NCBI GenBank assembly: GCA_031835245.2
Contig: JAVKOQ020000036.1
Span: forward strand, 1-64,000
Length of the DNA: 64,000 nucleotides
From: Balamuthia mandrillaris
Taxonomy: Eukaryota
Direction of reading: 5' to 3'
The translations under genes were made by a program, and so were the position numbers. Below, in pieces: positions 1 through 12,576 of the stretch. Numbering within the stretch: the first letter of the stretch is position 1; the number at the start of each line of letters is the position of its first letter. Below the pieces are notes generated by a model, which did not search any database, was not told where the DNA came from, and saw only the letters and a program-made list of their open reading frames with translations.

Positions 1-60
1 TTTCTCACAAAAGCGCTGACGATAATAAGAGATGTGTTATTGCTTACTCCTTGAAGGGCG

Positions 61-2186
61 TTACATGCGCAGTTTTGGTTGTGTGTGCTGTTGTTTGCCT
101 ATTTTTGATAATGGATGAATCAACAGAAGAGAAAAAGAAGGGAGTGAGAGAGAAGTACCTGTACGCTTTCGCTTGTCGGTCATGTACTGAGAATAGTTGC
201 CATCAAAGAAGAGAACCTTGCCATCTCCCTCAAAGGCGATGAGGTGAGTGCAAAGGCGATCGAGGAACCATCGGTCGTGAGTTACCACGATGGCCGTTCC
301 TGCAAATTCCTGGAGTGCATTTTCGAGGTTGCTCAAAACATGAACGTCCAAGTCGTTGGTCGGTTCGTCCAACAACAACAAATTGCAGCCTCTCTTTAAC
401 GTCTTTGCTAAGAACACACGATTGCGTTCTCCTCCGCTCAACACTTCAACTTCTTTTTGTTGCGCATCATCTCGGAACGAAAACTGTTTTTTGAAGTGTT
501 AGCATTCCGGAATCAAAAGAGAACAAAACAAGAGAAAGATAAGCGAAGCTCTTCGAAAGAGAAGACGTACAGCAGCAACGTAGGCACGCATGTGAAGACG
601 ATGGTCTCCCACCTGCAGGAATTCCTGTCCCTCTGCGATCTCCTCAAAGATGGTATTTCCGCCCACGAGAGAGTCACGATGTTGCTCCACACTACCTATC
701 TTGACGGTGTTACCTACTTCTAATTCTCCTTCATCCGGTGTGTCTCGCCCTGTTATGATGTTGAGAAGAGTGGTCTTGCCAGCTCCGTTTGGGCCTATAA
801 CCCCCACGATGCCCCCAGGTGGGATATTAAAAGAGAAGTCGTTGATGAGCTTTTTGCCGTTAACTGTCTTCCGGAGGTTTCTTGCTCTAACGACTACATC
901 GCCTGTTTTTTTTTTTTGAATAAGAATGAAGAAAGAGCAATGACAACAAAGCAAATAAAAAAGACGGAAGCAGCACAAACCCAAACGAGGACCAGGAGGG
1001 ATTTTGATGTTGCCATAAACTGGAGGGGAGGATGTGGCTTCTTGTAGGAGCTTCTCGTAGGCCTTGATACGTGCTTTGTTCTTTGTAACTTGTGCTTTGG
1101 CTCCAGAGTTAATCCACTCCCTCTCTCGCTCGATGAGCTTGTTGCGAGCTTTCATTTGTTTGGCCTCCAAATCCATTCTGTTCTGTTGTGCTTCTAACCA
1201 TGTTGAATAGTTGCCTTTATATGTATAGCATGAACCTGAAAAGTATTATTGCCATCAGACTCAACAAGGGAACAAGGGAAGGAGAACAAGACGAGAGAGA
1301 GAGAGAGAGAGAGAGCAAATGAAAGAAGAACAAAGAAAGTGGAAGAAAGCATAAACATAGAAATAGTGGGACCTCTATCAAGCTCAAGAATCCAGCCCGT
1401 TACGTTGTCAAGGAAATATCGGTCATGCGTTACAGCCATGACCGTTCCTGGATAATCATTGAGATATGATTCCAACCAAGCCACCTTTCCTTCCCGTATT
1501 AGAACAACGTCGAACCAAGGGATGATAGAGAAGAACGGGAGAACGAGAGGGAGATGCGTACCGACTCCGCGTCAAGATGGTTTGTAGGTTCATCGAGTAA
1601 TAGCATGTCTGGTTGAGATACCAACAACTGGCACAAAGCAACTCTGCGCCGCTCTCCCTTTGGGTCCAAGAGCACAAGTCAGTTAATATGGAATCTTCCC
1701 GTAGAAAGAAAGAATAGAAATAAGAAAAACATACTCCAGACAAGTTAACAACATCACGATCTCCATTGGGACACCGCAGAGCAACCATTGCTTTCTCTAT
1801 CCTCCACGGCAAGTCCCGAATGCCAAGCTCGTCCACCTTCTCATTGAGTTTCTGCCTCTCCGCCAATAACGCATTCTTTCTCTCATCGCTCCCACTGCTC
1901 TTCTCCTCTTCCTCTTTCAACTGTTGCGTCAGCTCCTCAAGCCGCCGCAGTAGGGCCATCTTGTCTGCCACCCCCTCCAACACGTTCTCTCTCACCGTCT
2001 TCTCGGGGTCGAGCTGTGGCTCCTGAGGGAGGTATCCCACCTTGAGGTTGCCCAGCACTCTGGCCTCTCCCTCATACTCTCCATCCAGCCCCGCGATCAC
2101 CTTGCAAAGGCTTGACTTGCCCGTTCCATTTGGACCCAACACTCCTATCTTGGCTCTTCATTTTTTAAAAGAAGAGGAGAGAAAGG

Positions 2187-2239
<53 letters not shown>

Positions 2240-2792
2240 GGAGAGAGAAAACGCAAAGAAGGAACCGAAGAGGAGAAAAATAAAAGTGAGAATAAAGAGA
2301 GAAGGGATAAGAGTGAGCAGCAGAGAAACGGAGGAGAGAGGGAGGAACGAACCCTTGAAGCAGAGTGATGTTGATGTCAGTGAAGAGAGGACGGCCATCC
2401 GGCAAAATCTTGGAGAGGTCCTTGCAGATGAAGACCGGTTTGCCCAAGATTCCTTCCCCTTTGGTGTTTCTCTTTCCTCCACCACCACCTTTGCCCCCGC
2501 CGGCAGCATACCCACGTCTGCCGCTTTCTAGACTCGAGTGAGTGGAGGGCGTGAAAGCGGAGAGGGGACACAGGCGCGAGAGAGGGCGAAGAGGAAGAAA
2601 AGCGGAAGGTCGATGATGTTTTGTGGTGGTGCGAGAGAAGAAGGTACGCATCATCGGGGCGGTAGAGTGGAGCGGTTGCTTTCCACAAGGGTGGACAGCC
2701 ATGGCGGAAGCACCCCGGAATGGCTGACAGAGCGGCACGCCCAAGGAGCTCCCGCCTCTCTTGCACATGGCCGCATACATCTCTCGCTGCAT
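61..2792 (-). CDS. ettA: ABC-F ATPase of the EttA/YjjK type with N-terminal presequence (multi-exon)
   Basis: Two ABC domains and no TM segments: [84 protein letters not shown], linker [78 protein letters not shown] at 2792; last exon [11 protein letters not shown] with stop at 61-63. Confidence 0.9.
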
Positions 2793-2844
2793 TCCTTTCT
2801 TTCTTTGCGGCGAATAAGTAAAATAACTGTCATTCTTGGAATAA

Positions 2845-2890
2845 TTTACCGCTGATGTCACGTCACGTGCAGTGCTGATGTCATCGGCTG
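2845..2890. promoter_or_regulatory. TGATGTCA/CACGTG motif cluster in the EttA divergent promoter
   Basis: gctgatgtcacgtcacgtgcagtgctgatgtcatc. Similar TGAYGTCA motifs occur in other upstream spacers (about 5971, 17926, 26476). Confidence 0.45.
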
Positions 2891-3087
2891 GAGAAATGCC
2901 CGAAAACCGGCTGGAAATTTGATAGCAACTCCTCAGACAGGAAATAAAGAATCAAAATTTACGTTTAAGAATTTTTTGTTCAACAAAAATATAAACCCAC
3001 AAAGACATACAGACATACAGTCACGTACACACGCTACTTTGTTGAAGCACCACAAATTTATTATTTTTTTAAAAAAAAACAGACGCA

Positions 3088-3471
3088 ATGCCAAAGGAAC
3101 CGAAGCACGGTGGGTATGATAGACATCCAGGCACGGGCCGTCCGCTGCGCGCCATGCCAGTCAAAGGTTTGCCATTTATATATTTTTTTCATTTAGTGCT
3201 TGTGTGACGAAGAAGAACAAACTTAAAAGTGGCTCCATCGTTATATTTTTTTAAACGTGGTTTCTTTTTTTTTTTGTCTGCATGTAAAGGTGGTCATGGA
3301 GGTTGGGGTGTCCCTGGCTCTGAGTTGGACGACGCTCCTGCTGCCTTGAACGAACGTGACCCCAACTACGTCCCCGAGGAGGAGGAGGAGGAAGACGCCC
3401 GCAAAGCCGCCTCTCAACAAGAAGAGGCGCAACCCCAACAGGGCGAGGAAGGAGAACCTCAAAACGTTTAA
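3088..3471 (+). CDS. 86-aa acidic protein with a PDCD4/SERBP1/Stm1-like motif (2 exons: 3088-3166, 3290-3471)
   Basis: Splicing the GT-AG intron 3167-3289 gives MPKEPKHGGYDRHPGTGRPLRAMPVKGGHGGWGVPGSELDDAPAALNERDPNYVPEEEEE... The DRH..KGG.GG.WG.PG..DPNY pattern matches the PDCD4 N-terminal segment as I recall it. Confidence 0.7.
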
Positions 3472-3658
3472 AAGGGTAGACCCAAACCGAAAACTCTTTT
3501 TTTTCAAAAAGGGGGTTGTTCCTTTGTCTTTTGTAGAGCTATGTACATAGCTGTCTATTACTATTGTTAAATTCTTTATGTCCAAAGCAGATCATTTTGG
3601 GGTTCCCCTTTATTTTTAATCCGAAAAAAAAAACATCCTTTCAATTGTAGATATTCTC

Positions 3659-3699
<41 letters not shown>

Positions 3700-3984
3700 G
3701 AGCTTCACGTCTATTCCCTATTTCTGCCCAAGTTTCCTTTGATAGACACACCAACGCCAAACGGAACGAAAAACCACAGCAGGGGTATCGAAATTCCAGA
3801 GAAATGAGCTACAAAAGGAAATTGCGCTGCTGACATCACCGCTATAACACCACTAAAAATTCGTACAGCCAAAAATATTTTTTTGTTTGGCGTCTTTTAT
3901 TCTTTCTTTCTTGTTTTTTGTCAAGCAGGCACAAGCAAGCAACAAGAACTACACAAACTACACACGCGCCCTCCATCACATCAA

Positions 3985-5866
<1,882 letters not shown>

Positions 5867-6139
5867 AAGAAAAAAAATCAAATGGCTTTTGTTTTGGGGT
5901 ATTATGAAGCTGACGTGTAGTGGTCTATATTTGGAAAATCCGAATATGTTTTTACTATATTAGAGCAAAAGCTGATGTCATCGCAATGCGAAAGAGGAAA
6001 TTTCAGAAACAGCTGCTGACGTTTTCTTCGTTGGTCTTTGCTCCACAATCATTTTGTTGTTGTTGGAGGGGAAAAAAAGTAGCGCGAGGTTTGGGGTCTT
6101 CTTTGGTGTGGCCACACTACACAAACAAACAGAGCAAGC

Positions 6140-7630
6140 ATGGGAGGCTGCTTGAGTTTGATGAGCAAGCAACAACAACAGAAAGAAGTTGTGGCTGGTA
6201 TGTTACTAACGTAATCCCTTCTTTGGTTTTTGTGGTAACGCTGATGCACTCTTTCAAAAATAAAATAAACTTCAAAGAGAGGAAAAGAACTTTGTCACGT
6301 CCCGAAGAAAGAAAAGTACAAAGTACAAGCAAGCAACCATGCTCTGACCCCTTAACCATAGAGTACGTCCTTTTTGGGTTTTTTTGTCGTCTCTTTTCTT
6401 AGTCTGTAATCTTCTTCCTCTACTACTATATTTTTTTTTTGGTAAAAAAAAAACAGAGACCATCCTCGACCAGAGTTGTTGCAACCTGGTGTGTTGTGCT
6501 TGGCTTCTTGGTCAGACCAGCGCCTCCACGAAGAGAACTCTTTCAAGGAATATATCTCCCAGTACGACTTCCTTTTTTTTTATTGAGTTTTGGTTTTTTT
6601 TTTCTACTTCAAGTACTTACATGTATCTTTAAGACGGTTGGCACCTGAATGGGAGGACGACGAAGAGGTCTCTTCCTGTCATGCCTGCCAAGCCACCTTC
6701 AACGTCAGCCATAGAAAGGTTTCAACATTGTCCACCTCTCTTCTCTGCTTCTCTTCCTCTCTTCTCTGCTTCTGCACTTCTCTGCTTCTTCCGCTTCGCC
6801 ATATAATACACATGAATAACAGAATGCTGCATACTCTCACAAAACAGCATCACTGCCGCCGCTGCGGAAAGATATTCTGCAAAAAGTGCGTGTCCTACAG
6901 GGTGAAGCTGCGGCATTTGGACTATGGAGAGAAAGACCAGAAGGCCTGTTATGAGTGTTGGCACTTTCGCAACCACTCGCTGCCGTTGCTCAAGCAAGGA
7001 ACCGACATGTGGTTGCTCTACCTCGATGACAGCCATTGCGCCTCCTCCTCTGCTTCTTCAGATGTGAGGGAACAACTTCATCAAGACACATCTTCTTCTT
7101 CCTCTTCTGCTCCCGCGTCATCTCTCCTTCGAAAGACCAAAGTAACGCTGAAACTTGTCACATTTCCTACCACTCCTTCTGCTCCCTCCTCGCCAGAGCA
7201 GCTCTTAAAAATGGGACCCTCCAACACACACAACAAGATGAGCGTCTTCCTTCAATGGAGACCTTCCAAACAAGAAGGAGGAGCCACAAAGCAGGAACCT
7301 CATCCTATCTGTCGACGCCGATTGGAGCTTTCGGATGTGGACTTTATCTTTGCAGGAATGACGGGCTCTATGACCGCTCACGCTGCCAAAACGTATGCAG
7401 ATGAAGAAGGAAACGGAGAAGGGGAAGAAAGCAAAACATTCACTTTGGTCACCATCAAGGATGAGCACTTGCACTTTATGTTGAACTCAGAGGAAGAGAG
7501 AGCGCAATGGGTGCAGGCCCTACGCGCTTGCTTGCAGCAGTACGAACAAAAGGAGGAACGGCTGGAACGCGAGGAAGAGGCTGGCTACGACTTGGCCATG
7601 GTGGACCATTATGTCAGCGCCACTCCTTAA
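6140..7630 (+). CDS. FYVE zinc-finger protein with C-terminal PH-like domain and N-terminal MGGC acylation motif (multi-exon)
   Basis: WEDDEEVSSCHACQATFNVSHRK/HHCRRCGKIFCKKC..KACYEC is a FYVE domain split by an intron. FTLVTIKDEHLHFMLNSEEERAQWVQAL is a PH C-terminal strand and helix. First exon MGGCLSLMSK is followed by donor GTATG. Confidence 0.8.
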
Positions 7631-7970
7631 TATACCAGCCTTCTTCTTGTTCTTGTTCTTCTTGTTCTTCTTCTTCTTCTTCTTCTCCAAGAGGATAAAT
7701 TCCAAGACGGTAAATTTTAAACAACTACACTGTCACCAATCGAAAGAGAGTGAATTGAGTGTAATGCTCTTTAATTTTTGGCTCGTTTATCTTTTGCTTC
7801 CTATTGGCACGTTGAAAATGAGAAAGCCCGAAAAGAAAGATAAAGGGCAAAGTTCACCTCTTTTAACGAAAGAGAGTGACATTTTTAACCCGAACTCCGA
7901 ACAGAGAACACTAAGGCAAGCTAGCTTGCCCGCCCTCTTTGAGAGAGGAAAGACTCTTAGATCGAAGAAG

Positions 7971-9391
7971 ATGATTCGCAAAGTCTCATCATTTTCTCTG
8001 CTCTCGCTTCTGGGATTTGTATTTTTAATTTCTGTGGCCCAGGGCCTTCGGGAGCGAAGTGCCCTACACCAAAGCCTCGCTCCAGGGAGCTTGCGCTCCG
8101 GCCAGTTGGGCGAGGACTGGCACCACGTGCCTCGCCACAAGCCAGGCTACCTCCCCAAGTTCGGAGGGCGCAACCAATACCGCCAGCTCAACGATGCCCT
8201 CCAGAACGAGACTGGCATGAGCGACCCTTTCCAGGGCAACTACCAGCTCAACAAGGCCAAGAACTTTGTGGCCGTCAACAAAATTGAAGTGTGCTCGGAG
8301 GGAGGCATTTCATGCTATTACGCCGTGGAGGTGATTGTGACGGAGTACCGGCCGCTGGATGGGAATAACGAGTTCAGGTATGTGGTGCTGGCCGATGAGG
8401 TCCTTGCCGTGGCCAGCCCGGACTTTGGTGGAGAGTTGTATCCAAGTCTCGTGGTATTTTACGACTCTGACCTGGACATTGGTTTGTGGGTTACACCGGA
8501 TTGTTGTTTGCTTTCTGCTGACCATTCGTTCTCTCCAACAACAAAACATTTAAAACCCAAAACAACTATAACAACAACAAAAGCTTGCCAACGCAACGCG
8601 TTCGTTATTTTTGACACCAAGCATGAAGAGTTTGCTGCCGACCAAGCGCCAGCTCAGGTCAAAGGCTGCCTTGGCGGCGTGGTACTTCTCTCGTTCCATT
8701 GTTTCTGTCCAGGTCTTTCACTTGTCACCACTTCTCATACATGGAGTTGTCTCTATGCGCTCAGGATAATGAAGTGGTGAGAGGAGCGGCATGGGGTAAC
8801 ACCAACCCGACGGCAGCCTACGACCTTCCCAAGGAAGAGTTGTTGGTGGTGACCTTTGTGGCGTCGGGCACCTTCCAAGGGCGAATGGTCTACAAGCTTT
8901 TCTCCCGAAACCCCACCAACAATCTCCTAAAGTTAGAAAGCACTCTTACTGTAGACGACGTTCATGTGTTTCACCCAACCAACAAGCAAGGCGATGGTTT
9001 TATCTCCCTCCGTGATTGTCTCTTTGTTTCATTTTTCTTCTTCTGCATAAGTGTGGTGACCGTTCGTTGTGTTAAACGTTCATATCTCTCTTTCCCTCCT
9101 TGCGTGCTTCATTCATTCTCTATCAATCTCGATCTGAATAACTGCATCAAACAGTGGTGGTGGGGGACTTTGATGGGGACGGGTTGGAAGAGTTTGCGTG
9201 TTTGTACTTCACTGCAGATAACGAGGCCACAGTGGACATCATCACAGTGGATGAGAACATGAAGCTCACCGTGACCACCTCCACCACCCTTGCGCGTAAA
9301 CCCTATGGACAAATGGCAGCAGGCCATCTGTTCTCGCCTGATTGGGAAGAGTTGGCTTTGTTATTAGGTGTCTGGGGAGTGGTACGGCTTA

Positions 9392-9464
<73 letters not shown>

Positions 9465-11704
9465 CGAATAAAGGAATTAATGAATGCCATACCATACTAT
9501 GTCACAGGGCATTGATGAAAGCTTCTATGTGCACCATCTGAAGTTGAATAGCGATGGAGAGCTGGAAGAGGGAGCCCCACCCCTGAAGCTCGAGAACTCA
9601 GAGATCGCCGACACCACGTCTCTGGACATTGTTGCTGGCGATTTGGATGGCGATACTAGGGACGAGGTTGGGGACATCTCCTTTTGACTACCTTTCTTTC
9701 TTTCTTTTTGGATTTCTTCCTTCATGTTAGCTTCTATTGACCAGCCATGCTTTCACATCAAACTACAAGATTGCGTTCACGTACTCGTATGCTTTTGATG
9801 ACAATGCCTTTCACTGGAGTGCCTATCTGTGGGCCGCAGTAGTGGAGCCCAACGAAATTATCCCCTTGACCGCTGAACCCACTGATATTAGCTCTTTGCT
9901 TGTTGATACAGACATGGAAAAAATTGGTTGCTCCCTGGCCATCGGAAGATTCAGTCAGCAACAAACGGCTGAACAGGACCGCATGTAACTTATCTTCTTG
10001 TTCTTGTTCTTGTTCTTGTTCTTCTTGTTCTTGTTCTTCTTCTTGTTCTTTTCTTGTTCTCCTCCTGTTCTTCTTCTTCTTGAAGGTTATTTCTTCGTTT
10101 CATGTTGATGTTGAGGTATTTTTCTTTGTGTAGCTTTCTTGAACAAATCGCTGTGATGGGGAGAGTGCAAATTGGCTTGTTTCGCTTGAACGAGGAAACC
10201 CTTGAGCGGATGATGCTTGCTCAAGAAGTTCGTCGGATAATTGGCCAAGATGATTCCGACACACGAGCTTACAACAAAGAATTCCTGACAGCAGTGTCAT
10301 ATGCCACAGAGAACGTGCGTTTGGGCAAGCCTCGTCACTGGAGGTACCCGAAAGTATTGAACATTGTGGCCTCGCTTCGAAGTACGCACGCTTCTGTCTG
10401 CTCTCCTTCCTTCATTTGTCTCCTCTCGGCACTCAGATCCTTCTCTCTCTTTCTCTCTCGTTATGTGATCACGATTCTCAACACATACGGCAGCACCACC
10501 AAGACATTTCGACATTGTGGATGGGGTTGCATACACTGTCAACGTCAACCCAGCCAATAACGTGGGATACATCGCTGTGAAGACCAGTTTTGAATCCTCA
10601 GCCAGTTCCAGTTCGCGGTTCAGCGTTGAGTTCAAGAAGACTTGGGCGGTTGGTTCCAAGATGAATGTACGGCTTCGCTCTCCTCTTTGCGTCTTTCTGC
10701 GCTCGAACTGGAAACACTCAAGCAAAAAATAAAAAACAAGATATACTTAGGTCCAGTAACGCTTGGAATGGAAGCAACTTACGGCAAAAACTTTGAAAAT
10801 GTCAACTCCGAACAAAGTGTGGAGGTGTGGAAGGAGCTGACTGAGGCTGTGGAGGATGATGCGCTGATCCGAACGGAAGTGGTGTATGATGTGTGGGAAT
10901 ACCCCGTGTATTCCTTCAACTTCACCGAAACGGAACCCACAGACTACATTGTGGTCATCTGGCCGGAGCGTCTGCCTGATGGCTCTGAGGAGCTTCGACT
11001 TCATTCTCTTGGGTACCTCCTCTTCTCCTATTTCACCCCTCTGTTGTCAGTTTTAGCAAACGAAAAAAAAAAGCATGCTCACCATGCTTCCGATGTGAAG
11101 GTTCAAGAGCCCGGATTCTTTCGTGAGACCATTCAACGAAGTGAACAACCTCTTCTCTTACTATGAGGGTCCTCCACCCAATCTCGGGCGACTGCTCAAG
11201 ATACCAGCTGCCAAGTCCTTTGGAGGCACCACCTCCCTCTTCGAGGTCACGTGGGAGGAGATCCAAGAGCAATCTGAGCTGACCCAGACCTCGTTCGGTG
11301 TTGGTGCATCTTTCGGATTGGATGTGGTGGCGGAGACAGAAGCGGGGATCAAGCTCTTTGGCACCGGGGCCACCACAAAAAGCAAGTGGGGTTTTGGGTT
11401 GGAAGTCACAGGAGAGTACAAGACGGAAGACATTCAAGTCAGCAGCATGTCCATCAGGTTTGTTGCTTTCGTTTCTTGTTCCACCCGATAAGGCTAACAT
11501 GGAATATGCTACAGCGAAAGCACAAGAATTGCCATCAAGTTGGATAATGCTTCCCCGGAAGGAGGGCTTTACCCATACACCATTTATCCTTATATCTTTT
11601 ACGACATAGACCATGGCTACCTCTGCGTGGACTATCGGGTGCTCATTCCCACAGGAGCCTCCCAAGGCACCATATCCTTCTGGGAGGAGATTTATGAGTC
11701 CGTT

Positions 11705-11747
<43 letters not shown>

Positions 11748-12324
11748 AGTTTCCTGGGTTACTTACTCCTCTTCCTTGGATGCAATGGTGTACAGCAAAC
11801 CGGATCTGACATGGAACCTGCCATACCGATGGGACATGCTCAACGGCCAGCCGTCTAACAACAAGTACTTCACCAAGTCCTTGTTGGCCAGCAATGAAAA
11901 CCCCGAGGCCGGAGAGAACCTTGCAGTGGTGTTCCACGCTCGCGATTACAGTCTCATCCCCGCCAAGAACGTGGTGCTTCGCTTCTTCCAAGGAGACTTC
12001 CGCAATCCCGCCAACCAGTTTGGAGAAGACCTGCTTCTGGAGGAGGTGTGGAGGAACGGCTTCGAAGGCAGCATCAACGACACATGGAGAGAGATCCAAG
12101 AGCCACTGGATCGTTGTCTGTATGCTTGGTTGGATCCCGATGATGAGATCCTGGAAGTGCACGAGAATGACAACGTCGGTTACATCGTGTTGAACAGCGG
12201 GTCTTTCAGCCAGAACGAGCTGGTGTACTGCGGCGACATCATCAAGGACACCTTTGGCTTCGAGGTTCCTCCGGACACCACCTCCTCCGCTGCCCACCAC
12301 TTGCTCCCCTCTTTCTTTGTTTGA
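7971..12324 (+). CDS. Large secreted protein with FG-GAP/VCBS-like Ca-binding repeats and C-terminal CARDB/Ig-like domain (multi-exon)
   Basis: Signal peptide MIRKVSSFSLLSLLGFVFLISVAQG; VVVGDFDGDGLEEFA and IVAGDLDGDTRDE repeats; C-terminal LYAWLDPDDEILEVHENDNVGY (CARDB-like). Consecutive plus-strand exons are separated by pyrimidine-rich GT-AG introns. Confidence 0.75.
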
Positions 12325-12576
12325 TAAATGATCACGAAGAATGTACCTATTACGGTAAATTTAATCTAATAGGTTAACTAAAATTATCCACAAGCCGCCG
12401 ATCGGTTAACCTATGAAAAGAACATATTAAGCTAATAACTTTCTGTGATATAATAGGTTGAGGCCGCACGGTTGATCGGATAATATAAAAACAAAAATAT
12501 AAAAAAAAAGTGAACTGAAAAAAAAGACAAAAAGAGTTTTCTTCTCTTGTGGGGCTGAGAGAGAGAGCATCATCTT

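Noticed and set aside
12369..12414. Inverted repeat ataggttaac / gttaacctat
   Set aside because: Only 10 bp in an AT-rich spacer and built on a self-palindromic GTTAAC; insufficient for a mobile element call.
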